A stretch of DNA of 64,000 bases from an uncultured bacterium (lineage in GTDB: Bacteria; SAR324; NAC60-12), in contig CBFIGY010000002.1 in the NCBI GenBank assembly GCA_965662235.1, forward strand, positions 1-64,000, written 5' to 3'. Below, piece by piece: positions 48,597-57,175 of this stretch. The notes below the pieces were generated by a model. It was not told where the DNA came from. It ran no database searches and was given only the letters and a program-made list of their open reading frames with translations. A program made the position numbers and the translations under genes. Position 1 is the stretch's first letter. Every line of letters starts with the position of its first letter.

Positions 48597-49280
48597 TTAT
48601 TTAGTCGCTTTGGGGGCCTGAGGCGCAGCCGGCTTTTCTGCAGCCGGTGCCTGAGGGGCACGCTTGGCAGCTTCGGTCGGCGCTGCGGCAGCAGCAGGCT
48701 TGGCGGGAGTCTTGGCAGCCGCTTTGGGAGCCGCCGTTTTCTTCACTGGGGCAGCTTCTTTCTTCACCGGGGCTGCTTTTGCCGGAGGAGCCTTGGGGGC
48801 AGCGGCTGGAGCCGAAGCAGCCACCTTGCCAGACGCTTGATTGAAGCCCGCCTGGAACTTTTCCAGTTGCTCCATCATGCCTTTCTGAACCGTCGCCACC
48901 ATTTGTTTTTCCAGCTGCAGCGTGTGCGTCACCCCTTGATCCATCTGGTGCACCAGGGTTTCCTGCAGCTTGAGGCCTTGCTCCGCCATCCGAGAGACAC
49001 TCTCTTCCATCGCCTGCTCCATGGAAGCCATCTGGGGCATCGCCTTGAGTCCCATCTGGGACATCCACGTGGAAGCCGCGTTGCGGAGCTGGTCCTGCTG
49101 CTTACTCCACTGCTGGCTCACCTGAGCCTGCATCTGCATCACTTGGTCCCGCATCTGCTCATAGCTGTTCTGCCGAAATTCCACGGCCTGCATGTACTGA
49201 TTCACCGCTTGACTCAGCCAAGCCTGCTGCGTCTGCAATCCGGATTCAATGTTCTTTTGGGTCATTTCCTGATAGTTCAT
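48597..49280 (-). CDS. Phasin/PhaF-like protein with Ala/Lys/Pro-rich tail
   Basis: AAGGAG RBS; about 150 aa Gln/Met-rich helical region, then AAPVKK/AAPK/PAKP repeats. Confidence 0.6.
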   Translation of the reverse strand: MNYQEMTQKNIESGLQTQQAWLSQAVNQYMQAVEFRQNSYEQMRDQVMQMQAQVSQQWSKQQDQLRNAASTWMSQMGLKAMPQMASMEQAMEESVSRMAEQGLKLQETLVHQMDQGVTHTLQLEKQMVATVQKGMMEQLEKFQAGFNQASGKVAASAPAAAPKAPPAKAAPVKKEAAPVKKTAAPKAAAKTPAKPAAAAAPTEAAKRAPQAPAAEKPAAPQAPKATK

Positions 49281-49350
49281 TCTGCTCCTTTTGGGTGCAA
49301 GTCATCTGTTACGGGAGAGAATGCGTCAGCGCCCTATAATACACAAGCAC

Positions 49351-49374
49351 TTTTTTGTGCACCTGCACAAAAAA
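49351..49374. promoter_or_regulatory. Palindromic operator-like site upstream of the phasin-like gene
   Basis: TTTTTTGTGCA-CC-TGCACAAAAAA; minus-strand TATTAT at 49336-49341; AT-rich 49375-49411. Confidence 0.7.
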
Positions 49375-49424
49375 ATAATTAAGTATTTGTTTTTATTGAT
49401 TAAAAATTTAACGCAGGCGCTCAG

Positions 49425-50093
49425 TTACTCTTCAACAACGAGCTCAAAGCCTAAGAGGGAGGCGATCAGAAGGAGGGCGTCGTTTCCCAGTAGCAGCTTC
49501 CACCAAGAACCGACTTCGGCAGCATACTCCCCAAAGAACAGGAAGCTGCTCAGGTGCACTAGGCTGAGCACCGAAGGAACCATCAACGGAAAGAGCAGGA
49601 TCGGCAGCAAAACCTCTCGGCCCCGGAGGGCAGCGGTCATCGCTGTCAAGACGGTGCCCAGGGCGCTGAAGCCCAAACCACCAGCCAGCAGAAGCAGGAG
49701 CAGGTGTCCGACCGAACTCAAGGGCACTGAAAAGAAGAACAGGCTCAGGCCAACAAAAATCGCCTGGGCCACGACCAGAAACACCAGGTTGGCGAGGGTC
49801 TTGCCCAAGAAGAGGACGCTGCGGTCCACTGGCGAAAGGAGCAGCTCGCTGATGCACCCGGTCTCCATCTCCTGCACAAACGACTTCCCCAGCGCCAAGG
49901 TTCCGCTCATCAGAAACACCACCCACAGCAGGCCCGGAAGGATCCGCTGAAACGACTGAGGCGGGTCACCTGCAGCAAAATTGAAGATGAGGAGGGTGAG
50001 GAGGGAGAACAGCAGGAGCGATACCAGATTCTCCTTGCGCCGAAGGTCGATCAGCACATCCTTCCAAATGAGGATGGCAAGAAAACGGAACAT
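49425..50093 (-). CDS. ccmB: Heme exporter protein B
   Basis: IWKD..IDLRR, PGLLWV, SF.QE.E.G, FLGK, LLPILLFPL. Confidence 0.9.
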   Translation of the reverse strand: MFRFLAILIWKDVLIDLRRKENLVSLLLFSLLTLLIFNFAAGDPPQSFQRILPGLLWVVFLMSGTLALGKSFVQEMETGCISELLLSPVDRSVLFLGKTLANLVFLVVAQAIFVGLSLFFFSVPLSSVGHLLLLLLAGGLGFSALGTVLTAMTAALRGREVLLPILLFPLMVPSVLSLVHLSSFLFFGEYAAEVGSWWKLLLGNDALLLIASLLGFELVVEE

Positions 50094-50114
50094 GCAGATC
50101 GACCTTGGCTCAGA

Positions 50115-50444
50115 TTAGGCAGCGCTTGTGGCAGGACTAGAAGAAGAACTCTTCTCCGCAGGGGAAGAGGAGCTTCCCTTGTCTGTGCTTCCGGAAGTCG
50201 ACGTGTCGTTCTTGGGAGCAGGGGCGCTGCTCTTGCTTCCAGAGTCACTGGAGCTGGAAGAGGAGCTTCCGTAGCCGTCCTTGTACCAGCCCCCACCCTT
50301 GAGGTGAAACGCACTCCGGGAGACCTTGCGCTCCACAGAGCCTTGTTTTCCGCAGGTGCATTCGGTCAGCGCCGCATCGCTGAACTTCTGCATCTCTTCG
50401 AACGTTTGCCCACAGGTGTGGCAAACATATTCATAGATTGGCAT
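50115..50444 (-). CDS. FmdB family zinc-ribbon protein
   Basis: MPIYEYVCHTC, CTC, FHLKGGGWYKDGY, Ser-rich tail; AAGGAG RBS. Confidence 0.92.
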   Translation of the reverse strand: MPIYEYVCHTCGQTFEEMQKFSDAALTECTCGKQGSVERKVSRSAFHLKGGGWYKDGYGSSSSSSSDSGSKSSAPAPKNDTSTSGSTDKGSSSSPAEKSSSSSPATSAA

Positions 50445-50526
50445 CTTCTCCTTGTTACTGGTAGAGTTTATTTTTTGAGAACAGTGAATTACAAAGATGG
50501 AAAAAATCTATAGCAATCTTCCTTCC

Positions 50527-51279
50527 ATGTCAACGGAATCTCGCTCCTCCACTGAGCTGCAAACCCTGCAGACCAAGGGCTTGCAGAAGTCCTACCGGGG
50601 CCGCAACGCGGTCAAGGGCGTCTCCATTGAAGTCCAACGGGGGCAGGTCGTGGGCCTCCTAGGCCCCAACGGTGCCGGCAAAACGACCACCTTCTACATG
50701 ATCGCCGGAGTCATCCGTCCAGACGCGGGAACCATCACGCTTGGGCCCCACGACATCACCCGGCATCCCATGCACCGACGGGCGCGGTCCGGACTCGGCT
50801 ACCTGCCTCAGGAACGCTCTATTTTCCGCAAACTTTCGGTAGAAGACAACCTCCGAGCCGTAATGGAGCCACTTCCCCTGAAACGGGAGCAGAAACGGGC
50901 TCGGCTGGAGCAGTTGCTCGAAGAGCTCGGCATCCTCCATGTCCGTCGCATCAAGGGATACGCCCTCTCCGGGGGTGAGAGCCGGCGTGCTGAAATCGCC
51001 CGGGCCCTAGCCCTGGACCCTTCGTTCATTCTACTGGATGAGCCCTTTGCCGGCGTCGACCCCATCGCGGTGGCAGACATCCAGGAAATCATCAGGCAGC
51101 TGGCGCAGCGCAACATTGGCGTCCTCATCACCGATCACAACGTCCGGGAGACCTTCGGCATCATTGACTACGGCTACATCATGAACGAAGGAGACCTCCT
51201 CGTCGGCGGCAAACCCCAGGAGCTCGCCGCCGATGAGCAGGCCCGGCAGGTGTACCTGGGTCGTCATTTTTCGATGTAG
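50527..51279 (+). CDS. lptB: LPS export ABC transporter ATPase
   Basis: GPNGAGKTT, GYLPQE, LSGGE, LLDEPFAGVDP, ITDHNVRET, VYLG; alternative start 50497. Confidence 0.95.
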   Translation: MSTESRSSTELQTLQTKGLQKSYRGRNAVKGVSIEVQRGQVVGLLGPNGAGKTTTFYMIAGVIRPDAGTITLGPHDITRHPMHRRARSGLGYLPQERSIFRKLSVEDNLRAVMEPLPLKREQKRARLEQLLEELGILHVRRIKGYALSGGESRRAEIARALALDPSFILLDEPFAGVDPIAVADIQEIIRQLAQRNIGVLITDHNVRETFGIIDYGYIMNEGDLLVGGKPQELAADEQARQVYLGRHFSM

Positions 51280-51292
51280 GAGAAAGAGGCGT

Positions 51293-51322
51293 TTGACATT
51301 TGAGTGAAATCTTTATAGCAAT
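51293..51322 (+). promoter_or_regulatory. Candidate sigma70 promoter of rpoN
   Basis: TTGACA-N17-TAGCAA(T). Confidence 0.5.
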
Positions 51323-51382
51323 AAGGGTGCCACAGACAGTTACAACAATTCCCTCAAACCTTCACCCTCCGGAGACTCCGTA

Positions 51383-53086
51383 ATGGCCATGCAAATGAAG
51401 CTGCAGATGCGCATGTCGCAGCAGCTGATCATGACCCCGCAGCTGCAGCAGGCGATCAAGCTGCTGCAACTCTCGCGCACTGAGCTGGAGGAATTGATCG
51501 ACCAGACTCTGATTGAGAACCCGGTTCTGGAAGAGGCGATGGACATCGACTCCTTCCCCACCCGAGACGAGACGCCTCAGGAGGCCGCCCCGGAGGGAGA
51601 GGAAGCCCCCGAGGTGATCGCCAGCACCGAAAGCTTTGAGTCCGCCCGCGAGGCAGAGCGCGACGAACAGGCTCCGACCGAAGAGATCGACTGGCAGAAT
51701 TACATGGAACAGGTTGACCAGTATGGGACCTATTCCTCGCGCCCGGCTCCGATGGGAGACGATGAGGAACTTCCCTCCCTAGAAGCAACACTGGCTCAGT
51801 CACAGACCCTTGCCGATCACCTGATCTGGCAACTGGACATGCTGGACCTCCAACCCCTGGCCTACAAGGTTGCCTACAACCTGATTGGCAACATTGAGGA
51901 AGACGGTTACCTCGTCACCAGCATCCAGGAACTGCTGGAGTCTCAGCCCGACCTGCACGACGAAATCCTCTCCGCGATCACCCGGAAGGAAGTAGAGATC
52001 AACCCCGACTTTGCTTCGGAGCTGTTCACCCAAAAGTACCAGCGGGAGCGCCCGACTTCAGAGCGCAAGCGTGGCAAGAACGCCCCTCCTCCCACCTTCG
52101 AGGAAGAGGAAGTCGAAGAGGCCCCGGCAGTTGAGCCAGAGTTCATCATGGTCCATGAGGTCGCCTGCTTTGTCGAAGAGATCCTCCGGGGGCTCCAGGA
52201 GTTTGAGCCCAATGGCGTCGGCGCCCGAAGCCTGAGGGAGTGCCTTCTCATTCAGCTCCGGCTCAGCGGAGAAAGCACAAGCCTGGCCTACCGCATCATT
52301 GAGCAGGACATGGACCTGCTGGAGTCCAAGGACCTCAAGCGCATCGCCCGTCGGCACAAGGAAGACCTTGAGGACGTCATTGAGGCCTACAAGATGATCA
52401 TGGCGCTGGAGCCCAAGCCCGGACGCTCCTTTGTCACCCCGCCGGCCCATCACTACATTGTCCCAGATGTTTACATCTACCAGCAAAACGGGGACTTCCG
52501 AGTGGCGCTCAACGGAAACGGCATTCCCCGCCTGCGGATCAGCCACTACTACCGGGAGCTGTGTGACAACATGGAGGAGGATGGGAACCTCACCAAGGAG
52601 TACATCCAGGAGAAGATCAAGGCGGGACAGTGGCTGATGAAGAGCATTGAGCAGCGTCAGAAGACGATCTACCGCGTCACCAAGAGCATCCTCAAGTTTC
52701 AGCAGGAGTTCTTTGAGCGTGGCATCCACTACCTCAAGCCCCTGGTCCTCAAGGATGTCGCGGAAGACATTGAGGTTCATGAGTCCACGGTCAGCCGCAT
52801 CACCACCAACAAGTACGTCCACACCCCTCAGGGGATCTTTGAGCTCAAGTACTTCTTCACCAGCGGAATCGACCAAGGCGAAGGAGAAGCGGTCTCGTCC
52901 AAACGCATCAAGGACATGATCCAGCAGCTGGTTCAGAATGAAAACCTGCGCAACCCGTATACCGACCTGCAGATCGCTGAAATCCTCCACCGGCGAAGTG
53001 GAATCAAGGTCGCACGAAGAACAGTTGCGAAATACCGAGAAGCTCTTAACATACTTCCATCGAATAAACGCAAGCAGCTCTTCTAA
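51383..53086 (+). CDS. rpoN: RNA polymerase sigma-54 factor
   Basis: Region I MTPQLQQAIKLLQL, HESTVSR, ELKYFF, RpoN box ARRTVAKYRE. Confidence 0.97.
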   Translation: MAMQMKLQMRMSQQLIMTPQLQQAIKLLQLSRTELEELIDQTLIENPVLEEAMDIDSFPTRDETPQEAAPEGEEAPEVIASTESFESAREAERDEQAPTEEIDWQNYMEQVDQYGTYSSRPAPMGDDEELPSLEATLAQSQTLADHLIWQLDMLDLQPLAYKVAYNLIGNIEEDGYLVTSIQELLESQPDLHDEILSAITRKEVEINPDFASELFTQKYQRERPTSERKRGKNAPPPTFEEEEVEEAPAVEPEFIMVHEVACFVEEILRGLQEFEPNGVGARSLRECLLIQLRLSGESTSLAYRIIEQDMDLLESKDLKRIARRHKEDLEDVIEAYKMIMALEPKPGRSFVTPPAHHYIVPDVYIYQQNGDFRVALNGNGIPRLRISHYYRELCDNMEEDGNLTKEYIQEKIKAGQWLMKSIEQRQKTIYRVTKSILKFQQEFFERGIHYLKPLVLKDVAEDIEVHESTVSRITTNKYVHTPQGIFELKYFFTSGIDQGEGEAVSSKRIKDMIQQLVQNENLRNPYTDLQIAEILHRRSGIKVARRTVAKYREALNILPSNKRKQLF

Positions 53087-53106
53087 CCCCAACCGTCAAA
53101 CTCGCC

Positions 53107-53823
53107 ATGGGAATCATCTCACGCTTCACCAATGTCATCCGGGCTTACTCCAATGCTGCCTTGGACAAGGCCGAAGACCCGGAAAAGATGATCAATCAAA
53201 TGCTGACTGACCTGGAGACCAAAAAGCGGCAGGCTAAGGTTCAGGTGACGGAAGCCCTTGCTCAGCAAAAGCGCCTAGAGCGCGACGTTGAGCAGGAAAA
53301 AGCAGAAGCGCAGAAGTGGGAGCAAAAGGCCATCCTCGCCGTCCAGAATGGCAAAGACGATCTGGCCAAGGAAGCCCTCGTCCGCAAGAAGGACCACGAC
53401 TCCCGGGTTCAGGGGTTGGAGGAGCAACTTGCCATTCATCAGCAAAGCACCGACGCCCTGCGCAACGGTTACCAGCAGATGGATGACAAGATTGAGGAAA
53501 TCAAGCGCAAGAAGAGTCTCTTGGTTGCCAAGCAAAAGACCGCTGAGGCACAGGAACAGATTTATCAGACCATCCAGGGCTTCGGAGACACTTCTGGCGC
53601 ACTGGATACCATTGAACGCATGGAGGAGAAGGTGGACAACATGCAGGCCCGTGCCGAAGCCATGCAGGAGATCAGCTTGGACTCAGAAACCGACTCGCTG
53701 GAGAAGAAGTTCAAGGAGCTTGAAGGCGGCGGCGGTGGAGACACGGACATTGAGGCGCAGCTGCTTGCCCTCAAGCAAAAAGCAGCTCTCCCTGCTCCTG
53801 AGGACAAAGCCGACTCCAAGTAA
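53107..53823 (+). CDS. pspA: PspA/IM30 family protein
   Basis: MGIISRF, LDKAEDPEKM, DDLAKEAL, coiled coil, LEKKFKEL. Confidence 0.92.
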   Translation: MGIISRFTNVIRAYSNAALDKAEDPEKMINQMLTDLETKKRQAKVQVTEALAQQKRLERDVEQEKAEAQKWEQKAILAVQNGKDDLAKEALVRKKDHDSRVQGLEEQLAIHQQSTDALRNGYQQMDDKIEEIKRKKSLLVAKQKTAEAQEQIYQTIQGFGDTSGALDTIERMEEKVDNMQARAEAMQEISLDSETDSLEKKFKELEGGGGGDTDIEAQLLALKQKAALPAPEDKADSK

Positions 53824-53885
53824 ACGAAGCCACCCACGCCTCCCTCCGGAGGCGTCCTCCCATCTGTTCCGACCCCGTCTGTCCC

Positions 53886-55184
53886 ATGGCCCTCTTTGCC
53901 GAACGCAACCAGCGCATTGACACCGAAAACGCCTTCAAGGTTGGTCCCCACATCAGCCGGGTTGAACACACCCACCGCCCGGTGGTCAAACTAAACCTAG
54001 GGGAGCCCGACTTTGACCTTCCGGAACACATCCGCGCCGAGGTCAAACGCCAGCTGGATCAGGGCAACACGCATTACTGTGATCCGCAGGGGCTACCGTC
54101 ACTGCGCCAGGCCATCAGTCAGCAGGTCAACACCACCCGAGGCCTAAGCACCACCCCTGAGCAAGTGGTCGTCTTCCCCGGAGGCAAGCCCTCCATTGGC
54201 TTTGCCCAGCAGGTCTACTGCAACCCCGGAGACGAAGTCATTTACCCAAGTCCCGGGTTTCCCATCTATGAGTCCTTCATCCGTTACGTCGGGGCAACCC
54301 CGGTTCCCCTGCACCTAGAAGAAGCCAACGGCTTCACCCTCGAGGCCGAACAGCTGGAGGCCCTGATCACTCCGAAGACCAAGCTCATTTACCTGAACTT
54401 CCCCTCCAATCCCACCGGAGGAGTGGCCAGTCAGGCGCAACTGGAGGCCGTCGCCGAAGTCATCCTCCGTTGCACGTCCCCGGACGTCCGAGTCTATTCG
54501 GATGAGATCTATGAGAACATCCTCTTCGACGGCCTGACGCACAGGTCGATCGCGTCGGTTCCCGGACTGGCTGAGCGTACCATCATCGCCAGTGGCTTTT
54601 CCAAAACCTACGCCTGGACCGGCGGCCGCATTGGCTACGCGGTCTTCCCAACCGTTGCAGAAGCCGCTTACTTCAAGACGCTCAACATCAACTACTTCTC
54701 CTGCGTTGCCCCGTACAACCAAGAAGGTGCCCGGCTTGCGTTGGAGAGCCCGGAATCGGCTCCGGTCATCCGCCAGATGGTGGCGACCTTTGAGCAACGT
54801 CGCGACGTGGTGCTCGGACTGCTAAACAGCCTAGACGGTGTCCACTGCGCCCGGCCCGGAGGTGCCTTTTACCTCTTCCCTAACATTGCAGGCGTTTGCG
54901 AAAAACTGGGGCTGCTTGAGCACTACCAGCAACTTCCGGAAGCCGTTCAGCAGAAGACGTCGCCGTCCGGACTGTTTCAGATGTTTGCGCTCTACGCCCA
55001 CCAGGTCGCCGTCCTCGACCGCCCTTCCTTCGGACAGCTCGGCGCCGCCGGCAAACACTTCCTGCGCCTTTCCACTGCCTCAGAATTGCCCCTGCTCGAA
55101 GAAGGGGTCAAGCGCCTGAAGGCTGCTACCCAAGATTCTGCTGGACTGGAAGCCTTCCTCAAGGAACGCCCTGATTTATCCTGA
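53886..55184 (+). CDS. Class I/II PLP-dependent aminotransferase (aspartate aminotransferase-like)
   Basis: LGEPDF, PSNPTG, SDEIY, GFSKTY..TGGRIG, GAFYLF. Confidence 0.92.
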   Translation: MALFAERNQRIDTENAFKVGPHISRVEHTHRPVVKLNLGEPDFDLPEHIRAEVKRQLDQGNTHYCDPQGLPSLRQAISQQVNTTRGLSTTPEQVVVFPGGKPSIGFAQQVYCNPGDEVIYPSPGFPIYESFIRYVGATPVPLHLEEANGFTLEAEQLEALITPKTKLIYLNFPSNPTGGVASQAQLEAVAEVILRCTSPDVRVYSDEIYENILFDGLTHRSIASVPGLAERTIIASGFSKTYAWTGGRIGYAVFPTVAEAAYFKTLNINYFSCVAPYNQEGARLALESPESAPVIRQMVATFEQRRDVVLGLLNSLDGVHCARPGGAFYLFPNIAGVCEKLGLLEHYQQLPEAVQQKTSPSGLFQMFALYAHQVAVLDRPSFGQLGAAGKHFLRLSTASELPLLEEGVKRLKAATQDSAGLEAFLKERPDLS

Positions 55185-55217
55185 ACCACCGCCGCTTTCC
55201 TCCTCGTTGGAGCCATC

Positions 55218-56261
55218 ATGAGAGATATTTGGTCTGATTTAACCCAGTATGACGCTGCAGGCGCCCCCTTTGCGATTGCCCGGGTGGTGCAGACCTGGCG
55301 TTCGGCCCCCCGTAGCTCAGGCGCTGGCATGCTCATCACGCCTGACATGAAGGTCGTCGGCTCCGTCAGTGGCGGATGCATCGAAGGAGCCGTCATTGAA
55401 GAGGCCCTGGAGGTCCTGAAGACCCAAGAAGGGCGCCGGGTGACCTATGGTGTTGAAGACGAACTGGCCCTGTCTGTGGGGCTCTCCTGTGGTGGAAAGG
55501 TCTCGGTCTTCATTGAACCGCACTGGGGACAGAATCCGAACGCCGGCACCCAAGACATCTGGAAGGCCCTGCAGCAGTGCCTGAGCGACAACGAGCCTGC
55601 GGTGCTCCTCACCCGACTCTCTGGAACCGGCGCCCCGCACCTGCTCGTCCGTCCGGGACAGGCCGCCGTCGGCGACTGGGAGGCCCTTCAAGACGACGCC
55701 CTTGCTGAGGCGCATTCCGCTTACGCCGCTCGTGAAAATCGGGTTTCTCCCCTAGGAGACTCGGAGGTCTTCTTCCAGGTCTTCCCCCGTCGTGATCAGC
55801 TCCTCATCATTGGCGCTGGACACATGACGGTCCCGCTGGTTCAGTTTGCGCAGGCGCTGGACTTCCAGACGGTGGTCATTGATCCCCGGAAGGTCTTCGC
55901 CACCAAAGAACGTTTCCCCACGCCTCCGGATGTACTGATTCCCGAGTGGCCTCAAGACGCCCTTCCTCAGCGTCCGTTGAACGAGGACACCTACGCCATC
56001 CTCCTGACACACGACCCGAAGATCGACGACCCCGCCCTGCACCTGTTGCTCCGTCAACCGCTGCGTTACATCGGCGCTCTGGGCTCCCGGAAGACGCATG
56101 CCAAGCGCTGCGATCGTCTCCGTGAGGCAGGCTTCACCGAAGACGAGATCGCTCGCATCAAGGGTCCGGCCGGCCTCGACATTCAAGCCCAAACGGCAGC
56201 AGAGATCGCCTTGAGCATGATTGCCGAGGTGGTTGCTGCCAAGCGGGACGCCCTCGACTGA
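55218..56261 (+). CDS. XdhC/CoxI family molybdoenzyme maturation protein
   Basis: SAPR, GSVSGGCIEG, GLSCGG, THDPKID, YIGALGS, AEIALS. Confidence 0.93.
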   Translation: MRDIWSDLTQYDAAGAPFAIARVVQTWRSAPRSSGAGMLITPDMKVVGSVSGGCIEGAVIEEALEVLKTQEGRRVTYGVEDELALSVGLSCGGKVSVFIEPHWGQNPNAGTQDIWKALQQCLSDNEPAVLLTRLSGTGAPHLLVRPGQAAVGDWEALQDDALAEAHSAYAARENRVSPLGDSEVFFQVFPRRDQLLIIGAGHMTVPLVQFAQALDFQTVVIDPRKVFATKERFPTPPDVLIPEWPQDALPQRPLNEDTYAILLTHDPKIDDPALHLLLRQPLRYIGALGSRKTHAKRCDRLREAGFTEDEIARIKGPAGLDIQAQTAAEIALSMIAEVVAAKRDALD

Positions 56262-56341
56262 CCACCTTGTTTCCCACGGAGGGCTCTCCACCCGTCAGCC
56301 CTCCGCCTTAATTCAGACACCATTCAACGTCTTCTCCCTTC

Positions 56342-57175
56342 ATGCATGCTGTCCACGAGCCGCTGAGCTACGTCCAGGCAACTGTTCTGGGCCTGGTTCA
56401 GGGGCTCACCGAGTTCCTGCCCATCAGCAGTACCGCCCACCTTCGGGTGGTCCCCTACTTTCTCGGCTGGAATGACCCCGGTGCCGAATTCTCTGCGGTC
56501 ATCCAGCTAGGCACCCTCATCGCAGTCCTCATCTACTTCTGGCGCGATGTCCTCAACCTCATTGCCGGAGGCATCCGGGGGATCATCCACCGTGAGTTTG
56601 AAACCGATACCGACGCCCGCCTTGCCTGGGGCATCGCCCTGGGGACCATTCCAGTGGTTGTGCTGGGGCTCGGCTTCAAGGACTTCATCAAAACCGAGGC
56701 CCGCGAATTATGGGTCATCAGCGCCGCCTTGATCGGCCTCGCCCTCTTGCTCTGGTGGGCAGAAGAGCGCTCCACCGGCGACAAGGAGGTTCGGCAGCTG
56801 AGCTTCCGGGACATCCTCTGGATTGGGCTGTGTCAGGCGCTGGCGCTCATTCCTGGCTCCTCTCGTTCCGGATCCACCATCATGGGAGGTCTGCTGATTG
56901 GTCTCAACCGTGCCGAAGCCGCCCGGTTTTCCTTCCTGCTTGGGCTCCCTGCGATCTTTGGGAGCGGGCTCTTTGAGCTGTATGAGCTGGCCCAAACAGG
57001 CTTTGGCAACACCGGCATTCCGCAGATCCTTGTGGGCATCGCCGCAGCCTTTGTCAGCGGATACCTTTCCATTGAGTTCCTCCTGCGCTTTCTGAAGCGC
57101 CACGGCACCTTTGCCTTTGTTGTGTACCGCGTGGGCCTGGGGCTCCTGATTGGATTGATGTCATGGGCCGGCTGA
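56342..57175 (+). CDS. uppP: Undecaprenyl-diphosphatase
   Basis: VQGLTEFLPISSTAH, IQLG, PGSSRSGSTI, AARFSFLL. Confidence 0.95.
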   Translation: MHAVHEPLSYVQATVLGLVQGLTEFLPISSTAHLRVVPYFLGWNDPGAEFSAVIQLGTLIAVLIYFWRDVLNLIAGGIRGIIHREFETDTDARLAWGIALGTIPVVVLGLGFKDFIKTEARELWVISAALIGLALLLWWAEERSTGDKEVRQLSFRDILWIGLCQALALIPGSSRSGSTIMGGLLIGLNRAEAARFSFLLGLPAIFGSGLFELYELAQTGFGNTGIPQILVGIAAAFVSGYLSIEFLLRFLKRHGTFAFVVYRVGLGLLIGLMSWAG

